Below, in pieces: positions 1 to 10,463 of a stretch of 64,000 nt of DNA (the stretch's first letter is position 1; each line of letters starts with the position of its first letter). Source of the stretch: an uncultured delta proteobacterium (GTDB lineage Bacteria > Desulfobacterota > Binatia > UBA9968). The stretch lies in NCBI GenBank assembly GCA_963816145.1, contig CAWFJP010000014.1, forward strand, positions 672,001-736,000, written 5' to 3'. The notes under the pieces are model-generated. The model did not search any database. It worked only from the letters and a program-made list of their open reading frames with translations, and had not been told where the DNA came from. Position numbers and translations under genes: made by a program.

Positions 1-1977
1 AACCGCACTATTCTCAGTTTGTCCGCGGTCTTGGCGGCGCTGATTTTCCTCCTCTATGCCTTCGTGCGTACGCCGAGCACGGCCGATCCCGTGCCACCTG
101 TAGAGTTGGCCTTTTGGACCACCCTCGCGTTCGTCCTCGGTGCAGCTTGTTCGGTGGTCGCCGGCTACGTCGGTATGTGGGTTTCGATCCGTGCCAATAT
201 CCGCACCGCCTCGGCGGTGCGCAGCAGCTTGAACGAGGGCTTGCAGATCGCCATGCGCGGCGGCGCGGTGTCCGGTTTATTCGTCGTCGCCATGAGCTTA
301 CTCGGCGTCGGCGGGCTTTACGCGCTGCTTGAAGCGCTCGGCCATGATCCGCAAAAGATTCCGTTCACAATCGTCGGCTACGGTTTCGGTGCATCGTTCG
401 TCGCGCTGTTCGCTCAATTGGGTGGCGGTATCTATACCAAAGCGGCCGATGTCGGCGCTGATTTGGTCGGCAAAGTCGAAGCGGGAATTCCCGAAGACGA
501 TCCGCGCAACCCGGCGGTTATCGCCGACTTGGTCGGTGACAATGTCGGCGACTGTGCTGGCCGCGGTGCCGATCTGTTCGAGTCCACAGCAGCGGAAAAT
601 ATCGGCGCGATGATTCTCGGCGTCGGCTTGTTCCCCTACTTTGGTTTAAAGGGCATTCTCTTTCCGTTGGTGGCCCGCGCCCTCGGGTTGCTGGCTTCGA
701 TCGTCGGCATCATGGTGGTCAAGACCAAAGAAGATGGCGATGCCATGGCGGCGCTCAACAAAGGCTACTATGTCACCAGCGCACTGGCGATTGCCGGATT
801 CTTTTTTACCTCGAAGTCTTTGCTTGCCGTCGATGTGGCGAAGTATCCTGAAGCCGAGTCGGCGTGGTTCTATTTTTTCCTCTGTGGTGTTGTCGGCATA
901 GTGATGGCCCAGGCGTTCGTCTACATCACCCAATACTACACGGAATATAAATATCGGCCGGTCCGAGAAATCGCCGAGGCGTCCAAAACTGGACCTGCGA
1001 CCAACATCATCGCAGGTATCGCGGTGGGCTTGGAGTGCACGGCGATTCCCGTATTAGTAATTTCCGTGGCGATTATCACCTCCTACTATCTCGGACTGAA
1101 CAGCGGTGTAAAGCATGCCGGCCTGTTCGGTACCGCGGTGGCGACCATGGGTATGTTGGGCACCGCTGCTTACATTCTCGCTATGGACACCTTTGGACCG
1201 ATCACCGATAACGCCGGCGGCATCGTCGAAATGAGCGGCCAGCCTGAAGAAGTGCGCCGCAAGACGGATCGTCTCGACGCGGTGGGCAACACGACCAAAG
1301 CCTTGACCAAAGGTTACGCCATCGGCTCGGCGGCGCTCGCGGCGTTTTTGCTCTTCTCCGCCTATCTCGATGAAGTGGCCCATTACGGTCATCCGTTGGA
1401 GGTCGTCAACATCGCCAAGCCGGAAGTGTTCGTCGGCGGATTGCTCGGCGCCATGTTGGTTTTCTTGTTCTCGTCATTTGCGATTCGTGCCGTTGGTAAA
1501 GCGGCCTACTACGTCATCAACGAGGTGCGCCGGCAGTTCAGAGAAAACCCCGGCATCCTTCTAGGCACGGTGAAACCGGACTACCGTCAATGTGTCGATA
1601 TCGTCACCGTCGGTGCCCTAAAGCAGATGATCGTTCCTGGTCTGCTCGCCGTGACCATGCCCATCGCCGTGGGTTTGGTATTCCGGATGTTCGGCATCGG
1701 CGCCGAAGCGGTGGCGGCCTTCCTGATGGTCGGCACCATCGCCGGCATCTTGATGGCGACCTTCTTCAACAACAGCGGTGGCGCTTGGGATAATGCCAAG
1801 AAGTTCATCGAGAGCGGTTTGTTCGAAGGCGGTGGCAAAGGGTCTGATCCGCACAAGGCGGCGGTCGTCGGTGATACCTTGGGTGATCCCTTTAAAGACA
1901 CCGCAGGCCCGAGTTTGCACGTCTTGATCAAGCTGTTGGCTACGATCACCCTGGTCCTAGCGCCACTGTTTGTCTAG
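1..1977 (+). CDS. hppA: Membrane-bound H+-translocating pyrophosphatase, K+-independent type (5' end outside window)
   Basis: Motifs [51 protein letters not shown] carries the Lys typical of K+-independent enzymes. The frame is open from base 1. Confidence 0.95.
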   Translation, partial: NRTILSLSAVLAALIFLLYAFVRTPSTADPVPPVELAFWTTLAFVLGAACSVVAGYVGMWVSIRANIRTASAVRSSLNEGLQIAMRGGAVSGLFVVAMSLLGVGGLYALLEALGHDPQKIPFTIVGYGFGASFVALFAQLGGGIYTKAADVGADLVGKVEAGIPEDDPRNPAVIADLVGDNVGDCAGRGADLFESTAAENIGAMILGVGLFPYFGLKGILFPLVARALGLLASIVGIMVVKTKEDGDAMAALNKGYYVTSALAIAGFFFTSKSLLAVDVAKYPEAESAWFYFFLCGVVGIVMAQAFVYITQYYTEYKYRPVREIAEASKTGPATNIIAGIAVGLECTAIPVLVISVAIITSYYLGLNSGVKHAGLFGTAVATMGMLGTAAYILAMDTFGPITDNAGGIVEMSGQPEEVRRKTDRLDAVGNTTKALTKGYAIGSAALAAFLLFSAYLDEVAHYGHPLEVVNIAKPEVFVGGLLGAMLVFLFSSFAIRAVGKAAYYVINEVRRQFRENPGILLGTVKPDYRQCVDIVTVGALKQMIVPGLLAVTMPIAVGLVFRMFGIGAEAVAAFLMVGTIAGILMATFFNNSGGAWDNAKKFIESGLFEGGGKGSDPHKAAVVGDTLGDPFKDTAGPSLHVLIKLLATITLVLAPLFV

Positions 1978-1995
1978 GAATTCAGTTCAACTGAA

Positions 1996-2028
1996 GAAGG
2001 CCTCTCCCGCGAGAGGCCTTCGCATTTT
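1996..2028 (+). terminator. Probable intrinsic terminator after hppA
   Basis: 11-bp stem gaaggcctctc / gagaggccttc with a 4-nt loop, followed by gcatttt. Confidence 0.7.
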
Positions 2029-2076
2029 CCGGCCGAACATTTTGTGCTAGAAATTGACTTGTTCAATCCCGCCCCA

Positions 2077-2165
2077 GCCCGGATGGTGGAATAGGTAGAC
2101 ACAAGGGACTTAAAATCCCTCGGTGCGAAAGCGCTGTGCCGGTTCGAGTCCGGCTCCGGGCACCA
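2077..2165 (+). tRNA. tRNA-Leu(UAA)
   Basis: Acceptor stem gcccgga/tccgggc, anticodon loop ct-taa-aa, long variable arm, GTTCGAG T-loop, encoded CCA. Confidence 0.97.
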
Positions 2166-2739
2166 TAACTAATTTAAAATGATTGCATGGTGTCTACCCT
2201 CTGAAGGTTCATGAGACTGTTGCGCGCGCTCATTGTCCCCAGACTGTGCCCAACAACTATCGATTCGAACTTAAGTTAACCAACTCAGCCGCTGGGTCTC
2301 GGTTCTGTGCGCGTTCTCAAGACGTGCGCGCTGCTTCCCGGGCATCATTATTGCCGACGGCATCAAATATCGGTCATCCCCTGTCGCCACTTTGCATCAC
2401 CGCTTCAATTGCCTTAACGCCAGCAAATGCTCGTTCGTCATCGGGCCTTGTTACGACGAGGCCAATTCCTTTTCAGGCCCGAACCCAGGCCGCGACTGCT
2501 TATTCGCCTACTTTAAATGAAAGTGGCGAAGGGAATTCCCTTCACGTTGAAAACTATAATAAGTCGGCGTTCATTCATGCTTATTCAAGGTCAACGACTT
2601 CGATGTACAATGATGCATAGGTGCCTTGGCATCCGTCTTGCTCCAATTATATTCAGAACCGCAGGGGACGTAGTGTGTCCCCTTCGAGGGAGGTGTCGAA
2701 TTGACCGCAATTAATTTCCTAATCGAAGGATAAAACCGA

Positions 2740-4356
2740 ATGTACGAAGAGTATTTTGGCTTCCATACGCGCCCTTTTAGTATCACACCCGATCCGCGAT
2801 TTTTCTATGATACTCCGAGTTATCGCGAGGCCTTCGCGGGCTTGCGCTACGGCATCGAAGCGCGCAAAGGCCTCATCGTAATCACTGGTGACGCGGGGAC
2901 GGGTAAGACCAGGTTAGTCATGGATTATATGCAAAAGGCAGAGGTGAAGATCCGCACCGCCATCATCACTAATCCCAAACTCACCGCGACTGAATTGCTC
3001 CCGTTCGTGTTAAGCGAGCTCCACATCACGCCTTCCGCGCAAGAGCGGGGAGCCCTGACCCTACAGCTCAAGGAGTATCTACTTGAACAGTTCAAGAAGC
3101 ATCACATTGTTGCTCTACTGGTCGATGAGGCCCAGCAGTTGAGCATTGAACTGCTTGAAGAACTCAGGCTTCTTTCCAACCTGGAAACCAATGAGGAGAA
3201 GCTTATTCAGATTGTCTTGCTGGGGCAACCTGAACTGGAAGAAAGGCTTGATCAGCCCGAGTTGTGCCAGCTCAAACAGCGGGTGGCGCTACGTTGCCGG
3301 CTCGCCCGACTCAAAGTCCAGGAAGTTTATCTCTATATCCTGGCTAGGCTTAAAACCGCCGGTTTCGAAGAGAAGGCGTTGTTTGATCCAAAGGCGGTCG
3401 AGAAAATTGCGCTTTATTCGAAGGGAATTCCGCGGCTCATCAATGTGATCTGCGATAACGCTCTGCTCAATAGTTATGCATGTTCCAAGAAAAAAGTCTC
3501 AGCCGAAATCATTGAAGAAATTGCGCGCGACCTGCAACTCATCGTGCGTCCACCAAAAAAGCAGTCAAGCACAACCGATCGGGATGAGACGATCGGTGAG
3601 GGGAGAATTATTAAGGACGTAAGGCCGTTAACCTCGGTCTTACAATCGCCGCTGGCGGAATTCGAAGACTTTTCCGTGGCGGGGAAACCAAGACGCACAC
3701 CAATCCATCGGCAGCGGAGTCTAACAAGTTTGGCGACTGGATTTGTTTTTGGAGTTCTTGCAGCAGTCGGCGTTGGTGGGATTGTTTATTCGCAGTCAAA
3801 CACAAATTACCTTTCAGAGATAGCCGCTCGAATTTGGCATGAGGCTAGTTGGCGCGAGACCCTCAAAACGGGCGCGGTGGAGCCAGGGGCTTTGCACGAA
3901 GACCCGTCTAACGAACTCAAAGATGTTCAACCCGTGGCCTCCGAGAGACCGCCAATATCGACGCAACAGCCAGAAGACAGCAGATTAGGTGCAAACGATA
4001 AGTTGGTTCCGGAAGCGATCAGGACCGGCCCATCCCAAGCCGGCGATGCTCCAGATCGACCTCAAGAAAAACAGACGGTAAAAAACGATAAGAAGAACGA
4101 GGAAGCAATAAAAACGGCCACCAAAGGAACAAGCAATAAGTCAGCGAGTGACAGATTAGAATTTGACATACACAGGGCTATCGCTAAGTATGCGATAAGG
4201 GGAGTTGAAGTTTCGGTGATCGATGGCACAGTTTTTCTGGGCGGTCGAGTCGATACCGAGAATCAAAAAATTGCCGCCGCCAAGGCTGCGAGCAGCGTTC
4301 CGGGAGTTAAATACATTCGCGACCAAATCATTGTCAACGACGACTTTGCCTCGTGA
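2740..4356 (+). CDS. ExeA/GspA-like AAA ATPase with a TM segment and C-terminal BON domain
   Basis: N-terminus MYEEYFGF..RPFSITPDP, Walker A GDAGTGKT, Walker B LLVDEAQ, LGQPEL, GIPRLINVICDNAL. The C-terminus VEVSVIDGTVFLGGRV...VPGVKYIRDQI is BON-like. Confidence 0.85.
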   Translation: MYEEYFGFHTRPFSITPDPRFFYDTPSYREAFAGLRYGIEARKGLIVITGDAGTGKTRLVMDYMQKAEVKIRTAIITNPKLTATELLPFVLSELHITPSAQERGALTLQLKEYLLEQFKKHHIVALLVDEAQQLSIELLEELRLLSNLETNEEKLIQIVLLGQPELEERLDQPELCQLKQRVALRCRLARLKVQEVYLYILARLKTAGFEEKALFDPKAVEKIALYSKGIPRLINVICDNALLNSYACSKKKVSAEIIEEIARDLQLIVRPPKKQSSTTDRDETIGEGRIIKDVRPLTSVLQSPLAEFEDFSVAGKPRRTPIHRQRSLTSLATGFVFGVLAAVGVGGIVYSQSNTNYLSEIAARIWHEASWRETLKTGAVEPGALHEDPSNELKDVQPVASERPPISTQQPEDSRLGANDKLVPEAIRTGPSQAGDAPDRPQEKQTVKNDKKNEEAIKTATKGTSNKSASDRLEFDIHRAIAKYAIRGVEVSVIDGTVFLGGRVDTENQKIAAAKAASSVPGVKYIRDQIIVNDDFAS

Positions 4357-4443
4357 TAGTGTGTCACACGGTCGGGCGAGCCGAGGAATTGCGGCCAATG
4401 AATCACCTTGAACGAGAAGCATCAAGCCAATATCCTGAGGTAC

Positions 4444-4710
4444 TTATTTTTCTCGAATCCATTGCCACAATCGCCCAATTAACATAACACCCATCAATAG
4501 GCCGGTCAGCCAGCCAAATATACGCATCCAAGCAGGATGTAGGTGACCGCCAAAAAATGCGTAAATTTTAAGCATGATAAACCACGGCGCAAAGACAACA
4601 ATAACATAAGTTGCAACCCGACAAAAAATACCAAATGGTGTTTGGCTATCGGCCCGCTCATGCGCCTCTGATCTTAACTTGTCTAGTCTAATCGCTTCAT
4701 CTCGTGACAT
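4444..4710 (-). CDS. Small hypothetical membrane protein (2 TM)
   Basis: 88-aa ORF with two hydrophobic segments and a GGAG RBS upstream. Confidence 0.6.
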   Translation of the reverse strand: MSRDEAIRLDKLRSEAHERADSQTPFGIFCRVATYVIVVFAPWFIMLKIYAFFGGHLHPAWMRIFGWLTGLLMGVMLIGRLWQWIREK

Positions 4711-5356
4711 GGCGGCACTCCTTTGTGCAGTTATCTCTAGGTGTGGCTCTCATGAGAAAGCCACGAATGTAGGGCTAACTAGGAATGTTCGGGTTAATTG
4801 CACCTGCGTTGTCCCGGAATGATTCTGTCTGCGAACGGTAAGGAGTAATCGGGAACCGTAAGCGGATTTGCCAATGTCGCAATCCTTCCATTTCTTTTTT
4901 CTTTGACGGGTCGGAGCAATACCTATGCCCTGTCACTTTCGCGGAAATACCGGCGCGATTAGATAAAATTGCCCTAGGCGGATCTCCCTCGTTGTCATTC
5001 TACGCTTGCCATTGCCTTATTTTGACAATTCAAGGCGGACGCGGACAATCTCCACAACCAGCTCGAGGTCATCCTGAGCGCAATCAAGGCATATGCAGCG
5101 ACCTGGCAGTATTACACCACGGCCGAAGTTGCTGGAAAGGTCGAAAAGAATACTTTCTTGCAGGTCGAGCACCACGGAGTCAAAGGCTTGGACTGTAGCG
5201 TCATTGGACTAAACCGCTTCGCGGTGGATGGGAGGGCGCTGTTATTGAGGCATTGTCGGTAATCGACTCGCTGTTTTTTTATCGTCGCATTATTCTTTGA
5301 CTCGGTCCCTGTGCGCAGTGATAGCCTCCGTGAATCTTTTCATTTAAGGAGGCTTT

Positions 5357-6193
5357 ATGGGGATTTTACGCGATCGAATGATCGAGGAGATGAAGCTACG
5401 GAATTTTTCTACGGCGACGCAAAAGTCTTACCTCTATGCGGTGACCCGGCTGGCCAAATATCATAAGAAAGCACCGGATCAGCTCAGCAAGCAGGACATC
5501 CGAGATTTTCTTGTGCATCTGACGGTGGAACGGAAAATAGCGCCGAATGGTCTGGGGGGATACTGTGCGGGGCTGCGGTTTTTCTACAACGACACCCTGG
5601 GGTGGGATGAGACCCAGTTGTTTATTCCGCCGCGCAAGAAGGTTTCAGTTCTGCCCGAGGTGTTCAGTGCCGAGGAGATCGTGCGCTTGATTGGTGGGGC
5701 CCGAGGTCTCAGGCAGCGTGTGTTACTGATGACCGCCTATTCGGCAGGACTGCGAGTCAGCGAGTTAGTCAATCTCAAGATCACCGACGTCGATGCGGCG
5801 CGCATGACGCTGCGGGTCAAGCAAGGTAAAGGCGGCAAAGACCGCTATGCCATTTTGTCGCAGAACCTACTTGTGGAGCTGCGCCAGTACTGGAAACGCT
5901 ACCGGCCATCGATCTGGCTATTTCCCAACCGAGCCAAAAATGGCCCGCTGAGCACAAACGAGGCTTGGCACATCTATAACCAGGCGAAAAAAAGAGCGGG
6001 GCTCCATAAGGGCCGCGGCATTCATACGCTGCGCGCCTGCTTCGCCACCCATCTTCTAGAGGCCGGAGTGGACTTGCGCTCGATCCAGTTTTTGATGGGG
6101 CACACCTCGATTCTGTCCACCCAGCGCTACTTGAGGCTACGGCCACATAACGTAGACGTTGCCGTCAGTCCGCTCGACCGGCTCCAGTTGTAG
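5357..6193 (+). CDS. Tyrosine recombinase (IS91-associated, N-terminal SAM-like domain)
   Basis: LRDRMIEEMKLRNFS N-terminus, AGLRVSE, GKGGKDR, HTLRACFATHLLE, LMGH...TQRY. Confidence 0.92.
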   Translation: MGILRDRMIEEMKLRNFSTATQKSYLYAVTRLAKYHKKAPDQLSKQDIRDFLVHLTVERKIAPNGLGGYCAGLRFFYNDTLGWDETQLFIPPRKKVSVLPEVFSAEEIVRLIGGARGLRQRVLLMTAYSAGLRVSELVNLKITDVDAARMTLRVKQGKGGKDRYAILSQNLLVELRQYWKRYRPSIWLFPNRAKNGPLSTNEAWHIYNQAKKRAGLHKGRGIHTLRACFATHLLEAGVDLRSIQFLMGHTSILSTQRYLRLRPHNVDVAVSPLDRLQL

Positions 6194-6205
6194 AAGGCCT
6201 AAGCC

Positions 6206-7399
6206 ATGCTCGCCGGCTGTCAGCGGCCGGCAGCGGCAAGAGGCGGCGTTGAACTTTCCGATATTTTCCGCGCTCATGGCGAGTGTTATCGCCGCGCCCA
6301 TCCGTTGCCGGTTTCCCATCTGAAGGTCATGCAGGCGGTGGAACGCTGCCGCACCGTGGCCCTGGGAGGCCACCTCGAGCAGTGTGACTCCTGTGGTTAT
6401 GAGCGTCCTGCCTATAACTCCTGTAGGAATCGGCACTGTCCCAAGTGCCAATCGTTGGCCAATGCGAAATGGCTTGAAAAACAAAAATCAGAACTGTTGC
6501 CGGTGGGGTACTTCCATCTGGTATTCACCTTGCCGCACGAGCTCAACGGTCTCATCTTGGTCAATAAGAAAACCCTGATCAACATTTTGTTTCATGCGGT
6601 CTGTGAGACTTTGGCAAAATTTGCTCAGCGCCGTCTCAAAGGAACCTTGGGCATCACCGCGGTTCTGCACACTTGGGATCAAACCCTGTTGGATCATTTT
6701 CATCTGCACTGTCTGGTTCCCGCCGGAGCTTTGTCTTTCGATCAAAACCGCTGGATATCTGCCCGCCAAAACTTCCTGTTCCCGGTCAAAGCCCTGAGCC
6801 TGGTCTTCCGAGGTAAGTTTCTCGACGTACTCAAAAAGACTTTCGATCAAAACAAATTGCTCTGCGCCGGACAAATCGCTTCGCTAGCCGATGCTGGAAG
6901 CTTTGACGTTTTACTGCAAGGATTGCGAAAAAAACCGTGGGTCGTCTACGCCAAAAAACCTTTCGGTTCTCCCGGCCATGTCCTCGATTACCTCGGCCGC
7001 TACACCCACCGTGTAGCGCTCTCCAATAATCGCATCTGCTCGGTCCAAAACGGAGAAGTCACCTTCGCTTACCGGGATCGAAAAAAACAAAATCAGCGTA
7101 AACTCATGAAGCTTGACGCCCAGGAGTTCATTCGCCGCTTCTTACTTCATGTCATCCCCAAAGGCTTCATGCGAGTGCGTCACTTCGGTTTTTTGGCCAA
7201 CAACTCCAAAGGGCGTCTGTCCAGGTGCCGTCAACTCATGGGCCTTTTGCCGCCACTGCCCAAACCTCCCCAGCGCTCCACTGACCAGCTGATGCTGGCA
7301 TTGACCGGCATCGATATCACTCGATGCCCGCTATGCCAAAAGGGAACGCTGGTCTGGCGTGCCGATCTGCCCCTCCCCCCACCACAGGATTCTTCGTGA
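6206..7399 (+). CDS. IS91-family (Y2) transposase
   Basis: Zn-binding region CRT..LGGH..C..C..YNSCRNRHCPKC, HLVFTLP, HUH motif HFHLH, YLGRYTHR (YxxxY), RVRHFGFL. Confidence 0.93.
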   Translation: MLAGCQRPAAARGGVELSDIFRAHGECYRRAHPLPVSHLKVMQAVERCRTVALGGHLEQCDSCGYERPAYNSCRNRHCPKCQSLANAKWLEKQKSELLPVGYFHLVFTLPHELNGLILVNKKTLINILFHAVCETLAKFAQRRLKGTLGITAVLHTWDQTLLDHFHLHCLVPAGALSFDQNRWISARQNFLFPVKALSLVFRGKFLDVLKKTFDQNKLLCAGQIASLADAGSFDVLLQGLRKKPWVVYAKKPFGSPGHVLDYLGRYTHRVALSNNRICSVQNGEVTFAYRDRKKQNQRKLMKLDAQEFIRRFLLHVIPKGFMRVRHFGFLANNSKGRLSRCRQLMGLLPPLPKPPQRSTDQLMLALTGIDITRCPLCQKGTLVWRADLPLPPPQDSS

Positions 7400-7660
7400 T
7401 GTTCGCTCACCGACCCAACTCACTTCTCTTCCAGGCGCTCGATGCCAGAGCCAACGCGTTGGTGCGCCCGGTGTCATCGTTTTACATCTTCTTGGCCCAC
7501 TCTCACTTCGCAGGGACTCCCCACTTGAGATCCCCGGTTAACTCGAAAGCGGCCTATTCATTATACGATCACCACCACGGTGATGTTGGTTCGCCTCCCT
7601 GCCAGGGTTACAATCCCCATAGACAACCGTCCCTGCTTCTCCCACCGCTTTAGTCCAAAG

Positions 7661-7734
7661 GGTTTTAACCTGAATGCGTCCGAGATCTCTCTGCCTTTGC
7701 CCGTTCCCTCTGCGCTCGCATTCAGGTTAAAACC
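7661..7734. repeat. Perfect 18-bp inverted repeat at the IS91-like element end
   Basis: ggttttaacctgaatgcg (7661-7678) / cgcattcaggttaaaacc (7717-7734), 38-nt spacer. Confidence 0.9.
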
Positions 7735-8042
7735 TATTCTTACAGTTCAATCCTGCGGCATCTGCCCACCACAAGTCGTGAGCGAAATCCTCAATCCAGA
7801 GTTGTTTGCTCACACTATTCCCACGATTCCTTTTTCGTATCTAAATCCGGCGTACTACGACTCATCGGCGCCGATTGCGAAATCTCATTTGTTACCGCAA
7901 TTATCTCTAAGTTCGGACAATTCAACAGAACAAAAACCTTATAAGTGCCAGGCTTGTCCTCAATTTTACATAAGCGTATAAGCACGATCGTGGCACGCAT
8001 GGACGCCTTAAAGTTCCGTGAGTGATCCCCAGGAGAAGCAAT

Positions 8043-10001
8043 ATGAATCTTCCGCTGGAACAAGAAGCCATACGAGCGAAATGTTTTCATCCGTCAGGGA
8101 CATTTGTCGAGTTCCCCATTGAAGATGTCGAGACATCGATCCCGGCACGCTTCGAAAAAATTGCACGGCAATATCCCGACCGGATAGCAGTCAAGATGGG
8201 GGGACGTTCATTTACGTATGACCATTTAAACCGGGCCGCTAACCGAGTCGCTAGGGCCATACTGGAAAAATGCGGGGATAAAGTAAGCCCTATCTTGGTA
8301 CTTGCCGATCATCATCCGGAAGGAATAATTTCCTGCCTCGGAGTACTTAAGGCCGGGAAACTTCTCGTCGCGGTTGATCCATCCTGGCCAATTGATCGAT
8401 TGACCTTCATGGCGGAGGACTCGAAGGCGGCGGCGATCCTAATCTATGGTGACAACCTTATTCACGCTAAAAACCTGGAAACTCGTGTTCGGCCAATTAT
8501 CAACATTGACGCGCTCAGCGGCGATATTTCCTCAGACAATATCGGTGTCACACCATCTCCTCTCGATCCGGCGAATATTCGCTACACATCAGGCTCAACG
8601 GGAACGCCTAAAGGTGTTATCCGCAGCCATTGCAGAAACCTATTCACCTATAGACTAAGCATCAATCGCGGACGTATTTGCCCAGATGACCGGATGATTA
8701 TTCTTAGGCCATTGGGGTTTAGTATTACTGACACCTTTACCGGTCTGATGGCCGGAGCTACCGCCGTTCCGTTTGATATCAAAGGTCAAGGCCTACCGGG
8801 GCTTGGCAAGTTTTTACATACAGAAGAAATAACCTATTTCATCGCCACCCCATCCATTTTTCGGTACTTCGCGCAAGAGCTTAATGACGGTGAGGAATTC
8901 CCACGACTTCGCATGATCAAGCTTGGCGGCGAACCGTGCTTAAAAATAGACATAGAGCTTTACAAGAAACACTTCTCATCAAACTGTTTTCTTCTTAACC
9001 AACTGGCTGGCAACGAAATGGGGCCTATTTGCGAATACTGGATTACAAAGGAAACAGAGATCGACACGCCGGTTGTTCCAGTTGGGTATCCGGTCGAAGG
9101 CAAACAGGTATTTCTGGTTGATGAAGAACTCCAGGAAGTCGGTGCGAACCAGACTGGTGAAATCGCAGTGTCTAGCCGTTATTTGTCCTCCGGTTATTGG
9201 AACAATTCGGAAGGCACAAAAGATAAGTTTTTGCCGGGCAATGAGAGTGTAGAGGCTCCGCTATATTTGTCGGGCGATGTTGGACGGAAGTTGTCCGATG
9301 GTTGTTTGATCTATTTGGGGAGGAAGGATGATCAAATCAAGATCCGAGGCGCCAAAGTAGAGGTCGGTGAAATTCTGGCCGTGATATCGGAACATCCGCA
9401 AATAAAAAATGCAACGGTTCTCGCGTTTGATCGTAATACCGGCGACAAATTTTTAACCGCATATGTAGTACCTCGTCATCATCCGGCGCCCACGGTGACG
9501 GACATTACCGGGTACTTAAGAAAGCGGCTGCCCGACTACATGATTCCTTCGGTATTCATGTTCCTGGAGTCCTTGCCATTGAACAATGGGAAGCTAGATC
9601 GCAAGAACTTGCCGATGCCAGATTCCGGGCGACCAGAACTCAGAACGCCTTACGCTGCACCCAAAAGCAAGATCGAGGAAAGGCTGGTCCAAGTATGGCA
9701 AGAAGTGCTCCAGATCCACCCAATTGGTGTTGAGGACGATTTCTTCGATCTTGGCGGACATTCGCTTAACGCATCTCGGGTAATATCCCGCGTGATTCAA
9801 TCATTTCAGCTCGACGTGCCAATCAAGGCATTATTCGAAGCTCCAACTGTGGCCGAGATGGCAACCGTGATTAGTGAGAGTCTCATTCAGCAAGCGACCG
9901 ATGCAGACCTCGCCCGAATCCTCGCCGAGGTCGATCCGATGACGGAGGCTGACGCTCAGCGGCTTGTAAGCGAAATTGATTCTACAATCACCAAAAAGTA
10001 G
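8043..10001 (+). CDS. Stand-alone NRPS-like adenylation + carrier (A-T) protein
   Basis: YTSGSTGTPKGV, GRKDDQIKIRG, LPDYMIP, NGKLDR, carrier motif DDFFDLGGHSL. No C or TE domain. Confidence 0.88.
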   Translation: MNLPLEQEAIRAKCFHPSGTFVEFPIEDVETSIPARFEKIARQYPDRIAVKMGGRSFTYDHLNRAANRVARAILEKCGDKVSPILVLADHHPEGIISCLGVLKAGKLLVAVDPSWPIDRLTFMAEDSKAAAILIYGDNLIHAKNLETRVRPIINIDALSGDISSDNIGVTPSPLDPANIRYTSGSTGTPKGVIRSHCRNLFTYRLSINRGRICPDDRMIILRPLGFSITDTFTGLMAGATAVPFDIKGQGLPGLGKFLHTEEITYFIATPSIFRYFAQELNDGEEFPRLRMIKLGGEPCLKIDIELYKKHFSSNCFLLNQLAGNEMGPICEYWITKETEIDTPVVPVGYPVEGKQVFLVDEELQEVGANQTGEIAVSSRYLSSGYWNNSEGTKDKFLPGNESVEAPLYLSGDVGRKLSDGCLIYLGRKDDQIKIRGAKVEVGEILAVISEHPQIKNATVLAFDRNTGDKFLTAYVVPRHHPAPTVTDITGYLRKRLPDYMIPSVFMFLESLPLNNGKLDRKNLPMPDSGRPELRTPYAAPKSKIEERLVQVWQEVLQIHPIGVEDDFFDLGGHSLNASRVISRVIQSFQLDVPIKALFEAPTVAEMATVISESLIQQATDADLARILAEVDPMTEADAQRLVSEIDSTITKK

Positions 10002-10404
10002 TTTGCCGTTTAGGCTTTTATCCGCGTACGATCTGCCGAGAGACTCGACCACGAGCCACGCTAGAGATAAAGCTTGATCGGCGTCGGTTATCAGGCGATG
10101 TCCTCCACCCGCATTGTACAGGTTTTATCGTGAATGCGACCGTAGAGAGATCGGGCAAGCGCAATGAGAGTTGGGCGCATTGAGGATGTAACGCAACAAT
10201 CCTTCCCATTGGCAATATCGCTGACACCGCACTGCGGGACATTGGGATTCTTCGCGATGATCTCCCGGTCGAAGCTCGGCTCATCCATCACCTAAATCAG
10301 GGCGCCAGTCTTGGTTTCATGCGCTTTGTCATGAATCACTTTTTGTTTTTGCGCCGGGCTTGGCTACCTCTATTAGCCTAACCACCCGCGGGGGTGCCAA
10401 GTCA

Positions 10405-10463
10405 AACCGAAACCGTTTCGGTCTTTGCTGGAATTCATGGGCAAGGTGCCGGATCATTCGGGA
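10405..10463. repeat. Copy A of a 59-bp island-end motif (copy B at 61701-61759)
   Basis: Ungapped hand alignment 48/59 identical; the first 18 nt (aaccgaaaccgtttcggt) are identical. Confidence 0.85.

Larger units (their letters stand above)
5188..7750 (+). mobile_element. IS91-like rolling-circle element carrying a tyrosine recombinase
   Basis: Recombinase and Y2 transposase gene pair. Terminal inverted motifs ttggactgta(5188)/tacagttcaa(7741) and ttggactaaa(5204)/tttagtccaa(7649), plus a 3' hairpin. Confidence 0.8.

Noticed and set aside
2183-2714. ORFs 2183-2620 and 2517-2714 after tRNA-Leu
   Set aside because: No recognisable motifs. The opposite strand reads like a stop-riddled decayed gene that I could not identify.
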